A DNA stretch of 64,000 nt, from NCBI GenBank assembly GCA_047495785.1, contig JBLDXI010000026.1, positions 744,001 through 808,000 on the forward strand, given 5' to 3'. A model generated the notes under the pieces. It saw only the letters and a program-made list of their open reading frames with translations. It was not told where the DNA came from and ran no database searches. Shown here piece by piece: positions 13,177 through 25,440 of this stretch. Numbering within the stretch: position 1 is the stretch's first letter; every line of letters starts with the position of its first letter. This stretch comes from Lepidodermella squamata (taxonomy: Eukaryota; Animalia; Gastrotricha). The translations under genes and the position numbers were made by a program.

Positions 13177-14422
13177 TTTGAAAAACTAGATAGGATTATA
13201 GATGCTTGTCTGCATTTCACTTAAATAAGACGTGTATAGTGTTTCCGTGTTAGGATGCGTTGGAAAAATCGATCGATGATAAAAGTGTGCGACCGACGAT
13301 AATTGGGGGTGGCAATTTTCCGGGGAATGTCTGCAGCTATCAATCAGATTGATTTGATTAAGCGTATAAAAAGTAGGGCTTATTTCATTGAGCCGTTAAA
13401 TTTTCACAACTTCCAGTATTATTTTGTCAAAAAGGTGACATCATACGCCATTCGCTACATCTTAATTGAGAATTTTCATGAATCGGGTGCTTTTAAGATT
13501 GATAGGGTGGTAATTTTATGCCTAATTGTAGTATGTAAACTAACATTTCTGACATATTTTCGTTAGAGCGAGCGGAGAGCGGAACAAAAATATAAATTTT
13601 TAGAAGTTTTAGGATTCCTAGGAAAAACCTTCACCAATCTTTATAGTTCACAAAATGTTTGATAAGTTGTCAGTAGATAGCAAAGATTTCTACATTGAGA
13701 TCGAAGACGCTCAGAAAGGTATCCGCTTAACCATAGACAACACTGCATCAGATAGGAAACTAACGATCTTTCCATAGTGAATTTATTCGAGCTATTATTG
13801 CAAAAAGGGCGGCACGCGACCACTTCTTATGCCAACAAACGCCCTATCCGTCCATTATAATTTTAATTAATTTCAAAAATAAAAAAGTCACAGGTGCTAC
13901 TTTCAAAAATTTCGACCTTCTCTTGGCTCTTTCGGAAATTTTTTGAAAAATTTGAACACATCCATTTTGAGAATTGTCTTTATCCGATGAAATTAAATTT
14001 GTCAGGTAAATAATTTATTTTGATTTTCCGATTTTTTCTGGACTGAAAAAATCGAAATTAAAATTAAAGAAGATATTTTTCTTGATAATGAAGCTTTTGT
14101 GGCTTGCAAACGTACAACTCAATTAGCTCGGTGTTAAACCAAAACGACAAACCGAAACTCTTAGCACCGTCGAACTATACTGCTTTATCAATACTTTTAT
14201 TGGTCGATGAAGGAAATAAATATTCGTTGTCAAGTTATAAATCAGAAGAATAATTAGGCAGATAAGCCACAGTTTTCAGGCCTTGTGAGGAAGCACTAGT
14301 TTATAATAATAATAATCTTTCGAAAATTGAGTGTCATGGCGTGATTATTGAAGATTACAAATCTTAACAGAATCCAAGCGATCCCGGTTCTTCTCGACGG
14401 CGCGAAACCGCTCAGTATATCA

Positions 14423-15127
14423 TTATTCTATCTGCTCGCAAATTGCGGTGCGGGAGAAACCGCAGGGGCTCCGGTAAATCATGGCATTGAGAATGACTGC
14501 GCCTGAAATAACAAATTCCGGTAAACGATCGGAAATTGACATTTTCGTTCACGGCTTACAGTGCAGCCTGTATGCATCATCAAGGTCTCTAGCTTGAAAG
14601 TCGAATTGCGAGTTGTTAAACGGTTCGCCGGAGAGCCAATGGTAGGCGGTCAGGCTTCTGCGAACCCCACCGATGAAAGTTTGATTATTTGCTTGAGGCA
14701 GCAATGCAAGAGAAGAGTTGTAGGTAATCGCGTCTGCAATCTTCACCAGTGACCTTCCGCCGTCTTGGCACGCTTTTGACGCGTTCATCCTAGCGTCTGC
14801 TTGTGAGGTTAGCCCTAATTGAGACGACATCTGGAACAAATCAATGTAATCTTTCATAATTTTACAAGACTCAATACTTACTAGTTCTGGCAATTGCTAG
14901 TGGATACGTGAAAAGCATTTGAAATAAGAATAGGTATCAATGTTAATGAATAATGAAAGATGTGAACTTACTGAATCAGCGCAAAGACCTTTTGCCAAAA
15001 GCGAGCATTGATTCTCTTGAATTCCGAATTGCGTCAGAATCAAACCTGAGCATTGAAGACAGAATGTTTCAGAATCACCCAACCGAAACCAAAGCGGCCA
15101 AGTTCGCATCAATATCGGCCTAAACAT
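14423..15127 (-). CDS. C-type lectin-like domain protein (3 exons; true 5' end uncertain)
   Basis: ASKACQDGGRSLVKI...TFIGG...YHWLSGEPF...LH|CAVILNAMIYRSPCGFSRTAICEQIE* gives the CTLD Cys/Trp framework. No EPN, QPD or WND motif. Confidence 0.65.
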
Positions 15128-15306
15128 TTTCCGGGAATACTGTTAAAAACCCCTTCGGTCTGGTTTTAGACAACGTTTCCAACACAGAGGGACTTATTCG
15201 TTTCAAATGGACGGGCTCTTATTTAAAATTGCGATCTCCCCCAGGCAAAACAAAAGTTTTCGCGTAAAAATGCAAGTCAAATAGGTTATACGCGCAAATC
15301 ACACAA

Positions 15307-18300
15307 CTACTCTCGCGTGATGTTTGAGAGTGCGCACACCGTCGAATGAGTGAACCATGGAGAATCCTGTGTTACTCTATGGAGAACGGAGAGCACGTAA
15401 AAAGTTGGTTGCTTCGAATATTTTAGGCCAGAACCCCATTCATTCGACAACAAGTACATATGAGACATGTGACACCAGCGCGCGTGGCCCAAATTTACTG
15501 AAAGGTTGTGACTTTGAATTTCGAATCTTGCGCCCAAGTGCACTTGCACAACCGGGACCTTTGGGTCAATCTGCAATGGGCCCGGGAGCCTTGCAACTTA
15601 CATTCGCCCAAGTCTTGAAAGCCAGTATAATTGCTGTACCAAAATGGCGAATCGACATCAACGAGACTGCCATCTTCCCATGTGAAATCAGCAAAGAGTC
15701 CGATATATCTCTGGATATCGCCAACGCTGTTATTGATAGTCAGCTTCCAAGCCGCATCTAGATCAGCCTGCGAAGAAAATGTCGCCAGCCGCCCACCTTG
15801 AGCTTTGCAAGTCTGAATGTGCTGAAGGAAAGTGCCATAGCCCTGGTCCAGGAAATATGACTTCACTGGTTTCAAGTCAGCCATGCAGTTTGCGTAATTT
15901 TCCGCAAATTTCGTCGCGTTTGAATACATCTTCACCTATTTTGTGGAAGGTGGAAGCAAGTGAAAAATCAAGCTTCGTTCTTGGTAATGTTGCTTAACCA
16001 TTGTTGAGCCACTCGGGCACGTGTTGTAACACTTTTTGCCATTTTGAGTCTCGCATTGAACAGCATACTGAAAATAAGTTATTTTCATTACAAACTTTCA
16101 TATATTTCCGAAAAGTTAAGACAACTCAGTTTTCTATCATCAAGCCTAACTTGCGTCTAAAGAGCCATTCTCATCGATCAAAACTGAAAAATCTCGAAAT
16201 CGAACAACCGGGAATCTCAAGTTTAGAGTGCTCGAACCTCAATTTCTTGTGGGCCAAATGGAGATTCGGACCCATTTAGACCCTCAGAACTGTATGCAAG
16301 AAAAGAAAAGATAAGAAGGTTGAATTACCCATGATAGACAGTTGGCTCTGCTTCTGTAGACACCAGTGGAAAATTCCTCGGTTTCATTGGCCAGACAGCG
16401 GGAGCTGCTCGGTCGGCAACCAGTGAATTCACGGGTAGCAGCATTGAAGCAGCGGATGTGCGGCTTGACAGCGTCGGCACGATCGCCTGAAACAATACAA
16501 GTTCCCACGTCAAGAATGGTACATATACCAACCACTATGGTTCGCTATAGGATAGAGTAAGGAGCGGCACGCGACAACATTGTAGGTCGCTTTTAGCCGA
16601 CAATAAAATGTAATTAATTTCAAAAATCGACAACCTCCATTGTTTCCCAATCGAATTTTTTATTTACTGCTAATAAAATACTAGAAGCCGCCCTCTATCT
16701 AATGACACATCAAAGGGCTATAATTGGCGATTTTCGGTAAAAATTCGATTTCTCACCCGGAAAAAATTTGAAATTTTTCGAAAAAATAGTTTATCCATGT
16801 ATAGAGTTTTGTCTATCCGGTAATATAAAACTTGATCAGTAAATATTCTATCTCGATTTTGCGTTGTTGCTAGATTATCGGCGATATGCAGCGTGTCCCA
16901 TAAGTAACGCAAACAAAAGGAAATGCACGGAAAAGGGATCAGAAACTCAAAAATGAGAGTTGAAGTCATATACCTATAATGGCCGGGAAAATCTTAGAAA
17001 CATCTAAAATGCCATAAGAAAAGTAATCAAGTATGTCACTTGTGCATGGTATTAAAAAAATTTGAAGAAAGTTGATTCAACCAGGTAAACACCGAAATTA
17101 CCGCACCAGTTACCATCGGGGTTTTCGGGATTCTCTCCGGTAAATTTTCAGTACTTTCGGTTATATCTTGTGGATATGGGATGAAAGATTCCCTCACTTA
17201 ATTTCAAAAAGTAGTTTAATTTCCTTAAAAAGTTTGCAAAATTACAAAATGGGACACACTGTAATGCAACACGGCCAATAAAGTCCGATTCGATGGCACA
17301 CGTCAACATAAATTCGGGAAATCTACATGTCGTATATAATGTGGACTTTTATCTAATGTCAACTTTACATAGCAAAAGTGCCCTATGTAATGTTGATTTT
17401 CATCCCGATTTCTGAAAGCCCTTGGAATCCCAAGTTGACCACAAATTAGAGTCGGCATCGAGGAATTCGAAAATGAATTTCTTCATTCACATGGGTGAAA
17501 CATAGCCGATGATATCGACTATATTCGAAAAATCGATCGGAATCTATTTTCGAAAATCGATCATTTTGGGAGTTTGGGTGATCGGTATTTCTTTCAAAAT
17601 ATCAGATTCGAATTCCTCGATGCCGACTCTAATTTGTGGTCAACTTGGGATTCCAAGGGCTTTCAGAAATCGGGATGAAAATCAACATTACATAGGGCAC
17701 TTTTGCTATGTAAAGTTGACATTAGATAAAAGTCCACATTATATACGACATACATAAAATATTTACCAGAACTTGGCTAGTAACCGCATCAGAAAATTCC
17801 TCAAGGTAGTGGAAAAAATCGAAGCAAAAAATATGTTGTCGAATTTTGATCAACTCACTGCTGATACTTCGAAGGCAGGCTTCCAAGCTGGTGAATGGAG
17901 ATCCCGGCACTTGAGGTTTCGACTAGATTCTCATCAGATTAGCAGGCAATAGATCATTGGTTGAGTTTCTCACCGAATTAGTTGGACACGAGAGGTCGCT
18001 TGGGGTGCAGGTGACAAAATTGTTAGTGGCATCAAAACATGGATCGAATTTGCGAGCCTGTTAATACCAAGAATGCGTCAATTGGAAAATCAGAATGGGA
18101 TCAATTTTACCGGAAATGAATTTTGCTCCGTAGTACAACTTGCCAAATTCGTCCGAAACGGGTAAGCGCCGTTGTACGTGCCGCCAATCTAGAGCGTAAA
18201 AAAATTATAAAAAAAAACATCAATTTTTTAAATTATTTTAAATTATTTTAAATTATTTTAAATTATTTTAAATTAAAAGCGAGAAAAATGACAATGGTCA

Positions 18301-18705
18301 CGCACCATGATTTCGGTTGTTTTTCCACAGCCAGGGCTTCCAGGTCGGCAAGTAGCTGCATAACTATCGAATCTGTAGCACAGCCTGGCAGTCTGAGGAT
18401 AAAATTAAAAATTAAAATTAAAAAAATTGAAAAAATTGCCGAGAAATTCTACCGCTCTCAAGCATGAAGTTTGGTCAGACAGGCTGATTCCAAGCTAAGG
18501 AGAAAAATTCGATATTATTATACGGCTATTAAAAATTAGTTCAACGACCTACTTGATACTCGCGTAATCGCTGACAGCCATTGGGCAATTCGCGGCAATC
18601 TGTGAATTTGTCATCGAATTGCGAGAAGCATCGAACCCATTCGCCACATTGCACCACGTCAGCGGCCGCCAATAACGCGGCAAATATCGTTAAAATAACT
18701 TTCAT
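15307..18705 (-). CDS. Secreted protein: signal peptide, 4-5 Cys-rich repeats and a C-terminal C-type lectin-like domain (about 11 small exons)
   Basis: MKVILTIFAALLAAADVVQC signal. Repeats such as CFDATNNFVTCTPSDLSC...FTSLEACL. CTLD TCKAQGGRLATF...YIGL...FTWEDGS...FW...C...TVCA. Exons join in frame via GT-AG introns. Confidence 0.7.
17328..17750. mobile_element. Non-autonomous TIR element (MITE) with ~144-bp inverted arms, TGT...ACA ends and 4-bp TSD TACA (Ginger-like termini)
   Basis: 17328-17471 is the reverse complement of 17607-17750. TACA at 17324-17327 and 17751-17754. Lies in an intron of the Cys-repeat lectin gene. Confidence 0.9.
18231..18274. repeat. 10-bp tandem repeat (AATTATTTTA)x4, intronic
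   Basis: Directly visible in the sequence. Confidence 0.9.
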
Positions 18706-19559
18706 CCCTGTTATCTGATTAAATTGGCGAAAATCTTTAGAAGCGAAACTTGGGAATTTGTGATTTTTTCAATTCAAGATAAATCGCTGTTGATAACAAT
18801 AACATGTTTATCGTTTCCACCCTATTGTGCTAGGACAGGTTATTATTGTTGAAAAAACAAAGTCAGTCACGCGTGAAATCTTTTGCGTGTATTTTTGCAC
18901 GCGCTGTCTCAGTTTTTTCGATGCGAAAATTATTTACGACTTTTATGAATTCCTTTGAAATGACGTTAATTCGAACATTTTTAAATGAAGGTGTGGATAT
19001 AATAATAAATTGATGGGATATTCTTAAACAGCAAATACCTGATTCTTTATATTCATCGAAATAGCGCCAAGTACTTGAAATAATAGAATGTTCAAATATA
19101 TATTTATCGATTAATGAGGGTTTTATATCAGTTGCTCTAAAACTCATTTTTTCCTCTCATGTTTGGAAATTTTACGATTCGGTGTGCACATAATACTCAG
19201 GTACCAGTGATTATGCATTGGCGTCATTTGCGCGGCGACATTTGCGCTAAAAACTGCTCTAAATTTGTAAACGACATAAGCGCTAACGACAATTGCGCCG
19301 AAATATATTAGTTATCCTTTTTCTCGCAGTCTTTTTCTGGTACGCAGCGAATGTCGGTGAACTGCATTGAATCGATATGAAAATTGCAAATCTTCGCCCA
19401 GGTAATACCCACTCGCCCATATTATTCATCCTGCGATAAGATGACCTATATTCGACAATAATTAATCCTTCGGCAAGAATACATTTATTTTCAAGTTATA
19501 TTTATTTCAGCTGTATCGTAAAAAAAGAATTATTTTTACACCTCAAATCACATTGAAAA

Positions 19560-21693
19560 ATGAATAGCTCATCTAGTACTGCCAACTCGAGCGGTAACTC
19601 GACTTGTACAGGCACCTCGCAGCCAGACTTTATCGTCGTAACCCTCGGCTACGTCATACCTGCGTTGAATATATTCGCAATTATCGAAAACGCAATGACA
19701 TTCGTTATATTAAAGGACGCTACAACCTTCAAATCTCCAGTTTTCGTATATTTAACATTTTTATCCGCCATCCAATTTTTCACCGCCATTGGCCAATTTT
19801 TGTTCGCCTTCTTCACGGTTCACTTCCGTGGGGCTGCTTGGAAATTACCGATATTGAAATACGTCATCTGGCCTTTGGTTAATTGGAGCTGTACCGAATC
19901 TCTGGTTTTCACAGTCGCTTTTACGATCGAGCGATTTTGCTTTGTTACAACAAATAAAACGCAGCGTCCGGATTTTGAAACGGTTCGGAAACAACGGCGG
20001 CAGGCTACGATAATTTGCGTCGCTTTGCTGGTAGCCGTGACAGTGCTTAACGGGCCGAGAATGGCGAGTCTGAACTTGTTGTACCAGGCCGAGTGCAGCA
20101 ACTTCAAGTTCGGCCGTGATTATAGCCAAATTTTCGAAATCTACTCTTTTGCGCAATTTTTCATCTTCAGCGTTGGTAAGCAACAAACCGGACTTTTTTA
20201 ATTCGTGAGTGAGCAAAATTCAGGGGAATATACGGGAATCTATTTCTCGTTGAAGAATTACTGGGAAATTTCGAATCTTTATTTAGATTCAACAAATTCA
20301 GAAAATGCAAATTTTATGAAAAATCGAAATTCCGTCCCTCTAATATCTATCAGATTCTATATCCAATCAATGCAATTTAGAAGAAATTTTTTATTTCAAA
20401 TTTTGAGAATAAAAATTTAGAGCGCAACCGCATTTTCTAATTTTGCAACGTTTGCGGGAAATTTATCTAGTTTACTAAAATTTAACCTAAGCATTCCTTT
20501 ATCCACGATTTCACCAAAGAAATAACAAATTTACCGGAAAAAAACCCGGAAAAACCCGATGATGGTAAGTGGTTCGGTGTTTTCGGTATTTCATCTGGTT
20601 TGATCCCATTTTCCCGGGTTTTTCTCTCCCCATTGACACTGCTCACTCGAATTGAGATTCTATAAGGAACGCTGAAGCCCGAAAAGCCAAGTTTATGGGG
20701 ACGGTTTGTGCTAGAACTTTGAATTTACCGTGTTCTATAGTCGACAAATTAAGAAAGAAATATTGTATTTCGAATGATTTGTCCCGTTTTAACAGGGTGC
20801 CTTGTCCTGCTCATCGTTTTCAACATCCTTCTCATTATTGCCGTGTACCGATCGAGTTATAAAAACCAAAACAAAAGCGATCGAAAATCTCGCCAACATC
20901 GAAAACAATGCCAGTTAAACATTACGCTGATTACAGCTACGGCAACGACTGTTCTCTGCGAACTTATGGTAATTTAACAAATTTTATTTTGATAAATAAA
21001 TAACTAATAGAGCATCCAGCCCTAAATTCGGCCACTTTTCGGGTTTTTCCTACTTTGCCGCAGCCAGATGAATTTTTAGAAAATATTCCACTATTACAGA
21101 ATTGTAGAGGTGTTCTTGGGCTATCGATTGCCGGTTTCCGCAAGTTCGGACGATTTTACCTTGATTTATGGCTAATTTTGAAGTCACCTAGACTGCTGGC
21201 CAGAATTAGGGAACCGGGCGCCCTAATTTCGGCCACCTCATCCAGTCACGCTAATACCTTACGTCTGATGCCGTTAAATTGATATCGGCGAGCTTAGTGT
21301 GGAAATTTCGGCCGGTGGTTGAAGTTAGATCGCAGCGGCCGAAATTAGGAATTCCTGCTCTACCCCATTTAATGACTGAAATTAATTTGCAAGAAGTTGA
21401 TTTTATTATGTTTATCCTTATAGCCTGCTCTTTTCAATCCAATCATCGGAATGTTGCTATGGGAACGCTACAACATTTTCGACCAGGCCTTTTTGAGATC
21501 TGTCCTAGATTTATTCGCCGTCTTCTACGTCATCGAGTACAGCGCCAATTTTTTCATCTACTTCATCGGAAACAGCCACTTTCGCCGATCTTTATTGCTA
21601 AAACTGAAACTCGACAAATTTATTACAATTCGAAAAAATTCGCTAGCATTAATTGCGTCATCGATAAAACCGGAACGAAGTGGTCGGTCATAA
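19560..21693 (+). CDS. Rhodopsin-class (class A) GPCR, peptide-receptor-like; exons 19560-20175, 20796-20968, 21424-21693
   Basis: N-terminal N-glycosylation sites, seven hydrophobic segments, TM1 EN, VFVYLTFLS, TM3 FTIERF, TM4 LNGPR, TM6 LCELMP, TM7 YSANFFIY followed by FRR. This pattern resembles FMRFamide/sex-peptide-receptor-like GPCRs. Confidence 0.88.
21008..21362. mobile_element. Degenerate MITE with TAGAGCA...TGCTCTA termini (hAT-like) in GPCR intron 2
   Basis: Terminal inverted repeats plus subterminal CCTAA(A/T)TTCGGCC in both orientations. No TSD recognisable. Confidence 0.55.
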
Positions 21694-24600
21694 CGCGAAA
21701 TTGGGCGACTGCTGCAACATTGGCACAGCGTCGGGGGCGGTTAACGCCCCTTGAAACATGAATTGTGTTATGAGCGACTTTTCTTTGGCGCTGTACGACG
21801 GGAAAAGTCGGCGGTTAATTTGCTCGCCGGCTTTTTGGAAACTCGCCACGACCCGGTCGGCTAGACTTACGGTCCGCCGCAGGTAGTACTGCGTGTCCTC
21901 CACGGATCGCCGCGATTGCCGAGATACGTACATGTTGAAGGCGGCTTTCAATAGTTGTTTCGTGTGTTCGACTCGAGGATCGTTCAAGCCATGAGCGCCT
22001 TGCGTATGGAAATATTTTTCGTTTTTTTTCAATTAATTGTTTGTAATAGTTTTACCGTGGAAAAATAAAATATTGAGCAGGAGAGAAAGTTCGACAATCG
22101 AAGGTTGCCATTCATCTCGGAGGCATGAAGCTAGCTCCTCGCCCAATCTCCAGGTTCCCTGTATTAAAAATATGAATTTGAGCATTATGGGTGTACCAAG
22201 TGCGCACCCTAACGCTTAGGGTTCCAGCACTAAATTTGAGACTCCAGCTGTAGATTTCCCCTAAGTATGGTTTTTCTAATTTCCTGATTTTCTAACCTTC
22301 GCAGTGAATTCTGAATTTTAGAAATTTATAACTCCAGAGCCGGCGATTGAAAATGTTGATCAAACTTCGGCCATTCCTTAACGCTGAGATTCTATGACCT
22401 ACCAGAGAGTTCTGAGAGTAAAGTCGTAAAATTGTATAAAGGACATTCATCAAGGGTGTCGGCTCAAAAGTTGAGCTACTCCGTGAGCCGGGTCTTCGAC
22501 AGAGGTTCTTGGTTGTATTCCTAGCCTCAAAACAGAGCAAGCTACAAAATATGCGCGGTCGTAAAATTCTGCTATTTTTAACTTTATATATTATCAATTT
22601 AGCGCGAGTACTACATTGCCAACGCGCCGAACTCTTTCTCAGTCAGATTTTAGTCAAAACAGGATGCTAAATTCTACAGGCTGGCCAAAAAGGGTGGTCG
22701 CATGGGGCAAAGTTCATTGACTGGAGTGCGCAAGAAGAGTTTCGAGAAATTGAAGAGTTTCATGAGCAAAAGAAATGCTTGAAATTTTTCAATTTCTTAA
22801 AGCTTTTCATTTAATTTATGCGCACTCCACTCAATGAACTTTGCCCCCTGCGACCACCCTTTTTGGCCACCCTGTATTATGGGATGAAGCGACTTTTTCG
22901 AATTCTTATCATACTATACAGCGATTCTCAAACCTGTTGTTCGGGGTAAGCTGCAAGGAAGCTCGGCAAAATCGAATCTCGCACGAAGAAAGCGCCAGCT
23001 GAGCTGTCGATCAGGGAACTAGCAATTCCGATAATTTGCTTCCACGAAGCTGCCAGCATTGCGGCGAGAGACACTTCACAAACTCCGAAATTATCTTTTC
23101 ATCAACAAAATGATAGGAAAGATTCTCGAGAACGGGAAAATATACAACCTCTCATGAAGTTAGCGTAGTTCCAGCCAATATTTGTAGCTCCCTCGAATTG
23201 CTCAACAATTAGCCGGAGAAAATTTTCGCCTTCGAAAATCGTCCTATCATACGTCCGCATAGGCAACTAAAATTCGCCAATGTAATTTACGGCAAAAATG
23301 AGATAAAAAATCATTTTACGTGTTCGAGGTCGTGAAGCAGGGTGAGTGAGTAAATTGATTTTCGAATAACGTCTTCTAGCGCTGCGCCATCGAAAATGGC
23401 TGGTTCTCGGGGTAACAAAACGACAGCAGTGTTGGAACATTCAGGGCTGTTTGGCTTCGATACGCTTTCACACGAATCAATAGAATCTTCAGCAATCGAC
23501 ATTGTTTCGGATTGCCTCGAAGACTTGTCGCTTTTTTTGCCTGAAAAAAAGTTGGGAAATATTTTGAAGGTGACGTAATATCAGGGTTAAATTAAATTGT
23601 TTCAGAAAATTCTTAGTCTCGTCGGTTTAGATTAACATTTAATTTATTAATTCTACTTTCATAAATTTGAATATAATTATGAGGCCATTGCATATGCAAA
23701 TGAGGGTCAAAATTAAGGTTTTAAATATCCAAAATGAGGTCAAATTATAATATGCATTATTTCTTGCGGGAATAACTATACCGTGGCGTGAGATAACTTT
23801 GCCGGCAATTTTCGCCTATGGTAACCTGTTTCTTTTTAAATTTTATACCGTAAAAATCCCGGTTCCATTCTCGATCGATTGGTGAAAACCCGGTCGACGA
23901 CCGATAACATCAATCGATTCTGTGGAGGTTAACCATCTGGCAGAAACTAGGTCGATGATTCATCACGCCCTCTCAACCATGTCCAGGCCAAAGGACAAGG
24001 GGCGCCCCTTGTCCTTTGGCCTGGACATGAGAGGTCGAAAGAGAAAAAAAACCAGAAAATAGTCCGCGAGCTGCAGTTTACGAATTAGGTGTGGCATGCC
24101 ATCTTGAACAGAGGAGAGCAAATGGGAGAAGAAAATTGCAGAAGATGACGAAAAATTCAAAAACCATCTCCAAACGTCAAAAACACGACTTTTGACACGT
24201 CAAAATAAATACAAGACAAATCAGAAAAACCCATAGGTGAAAAATGGCCGGTAAGGAAATTTGTCTCTAGACAGGAGAGCAACTGACATCACTGCAGAAA
24301 GTAAAAAAACCTCAAAAGTAGACGGCCTACTCACCCTCAATTTAGCACTAAAATTTGACAAATAAAATCTCGTGAATTTAAAAAAATGATATTTAATTTT
24401 ATTTAATTTTATTAATAAAATTAAAAATTTTTTATGTGAAGGTATAAAAGGCGCATTTTTTCTTCGTCAAGATTTTCCTACATGTTTATCGCAACCTAAA
24501 TCATCGCTTTTTGCTGCGCCAAGTTGTCAAATAGTTAAATCTTTACACGCTCACAGATCCCTCTGCGTAGTTTTTACGCGATAGTTGCAATGGACTAATA

Positions 24601-25440
24601 GATTCAGAATGAAAAGCTCTAAATGATGGGATTTTTTTAATTTCATTATTTTTTGAGCCGATTTTCCTTTACGCCCCTTGTCCTTTCGGCCAAGTTACCC
24701 CACAAAATACAGGTAATTACTGCTCGCGATTGCGACATCAGTTTTCCGAGTGTGTCATTCGAAAGGTATCACCTAGTGGAGTCATTAGGCGAAAACGGTG
24801 TTTTCCTCCGATTCCAGAATTCCTTGTTATAAATGCTAAAAATCTCAGCGCCTAAAATGAACGAGTTTGCACTGATCTTTCTTGTTATTTAAAAAAACGA
24901 TTTCCGAATTCGGTAAAAAATAAGTTGTAGCTCAGGTGGCAAGGAATGTTCCTATGAAAAAATTTTCGTGGAAAAATGTTGTTCTCCATGTGAAATCGGC
25001 CAGAATGCGACTTTCACGGCCCCACGCCACGGTACTTAATAATTTTTTGAAATTTTTGAAATTGTTACCACGTACCTTGCATTCCAGCAGCTACACATTT
25101 CTCAATGCGGCACCGCGGGCATGACCTTCGGTTGCTTGAATCTACCCGACAGGCCAAGGAACCGCCGATGCATTTCAGATCATCTCGAAAAATAGCTTTT
25201 CGCGTAAAAAATTTCTAAAAAATCCAACTTGATAACAAAAAAACCAAAGTTTTAGTGAATGACTGACCTCGCAAGCTCGGCATATTTTAGGATGGTACAA
25301 CTTTCGACGCTGAACAACTTTGCTGCAAACCTAAAATTAATAATTGAAATCAGTATTATAATTTTAAACCATGCAAAAAATTATACCCGGCAATATTCGA
25401 CGCGCTCGTTTTTTTGTTGCTCTGTGTAAGTTTTCGGCAT
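21688..25440 (-). CDS. Divergent nuclear hormone receptor (NR-c), 8 exons
   Basis: MPKTYTEQQKNERVEYCR|VCSKVVQRRKLYHPKICRACE|KFFTR...CIGGSLAC...CPRCRIEKCVAAGMQ|...SLTLLHDLEH|...WQPSIVELSLL...|last exon is the 21688-22000 ORF. Confidence 0.82.
22677..22874. mobile_element. Tc1/mariner-type MITE (TA TSD, ~60-bp TIRs starting CAGG)
   Basis: ta|CAGGCTGGCCAAAAAGGGTGGTCGCA...TGCGACCACCCTTTTTGGCCACCCTG|ta. Confidence 0.88.
23978..24029. repeat. Perfect 52-bp spacerless palindrome in an NR-c intron
   Basis: CATGTCCAGGCCAAAGGACAAGGGGC|GCCCCTTGTCCTTTGGCCTGGACATG, with a partial arm copy at 24672-24691. Confidence 0.95.

Noticed and set aside
16718-17330. GPCR TM4/TM5-like text (LIFEFLIPFPCISFC; VNILCRFPEF across the MITE)
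   Set aside because: Lies in an intron of the lectin gene, the other helices are missing, and the similarity is too weak to call.
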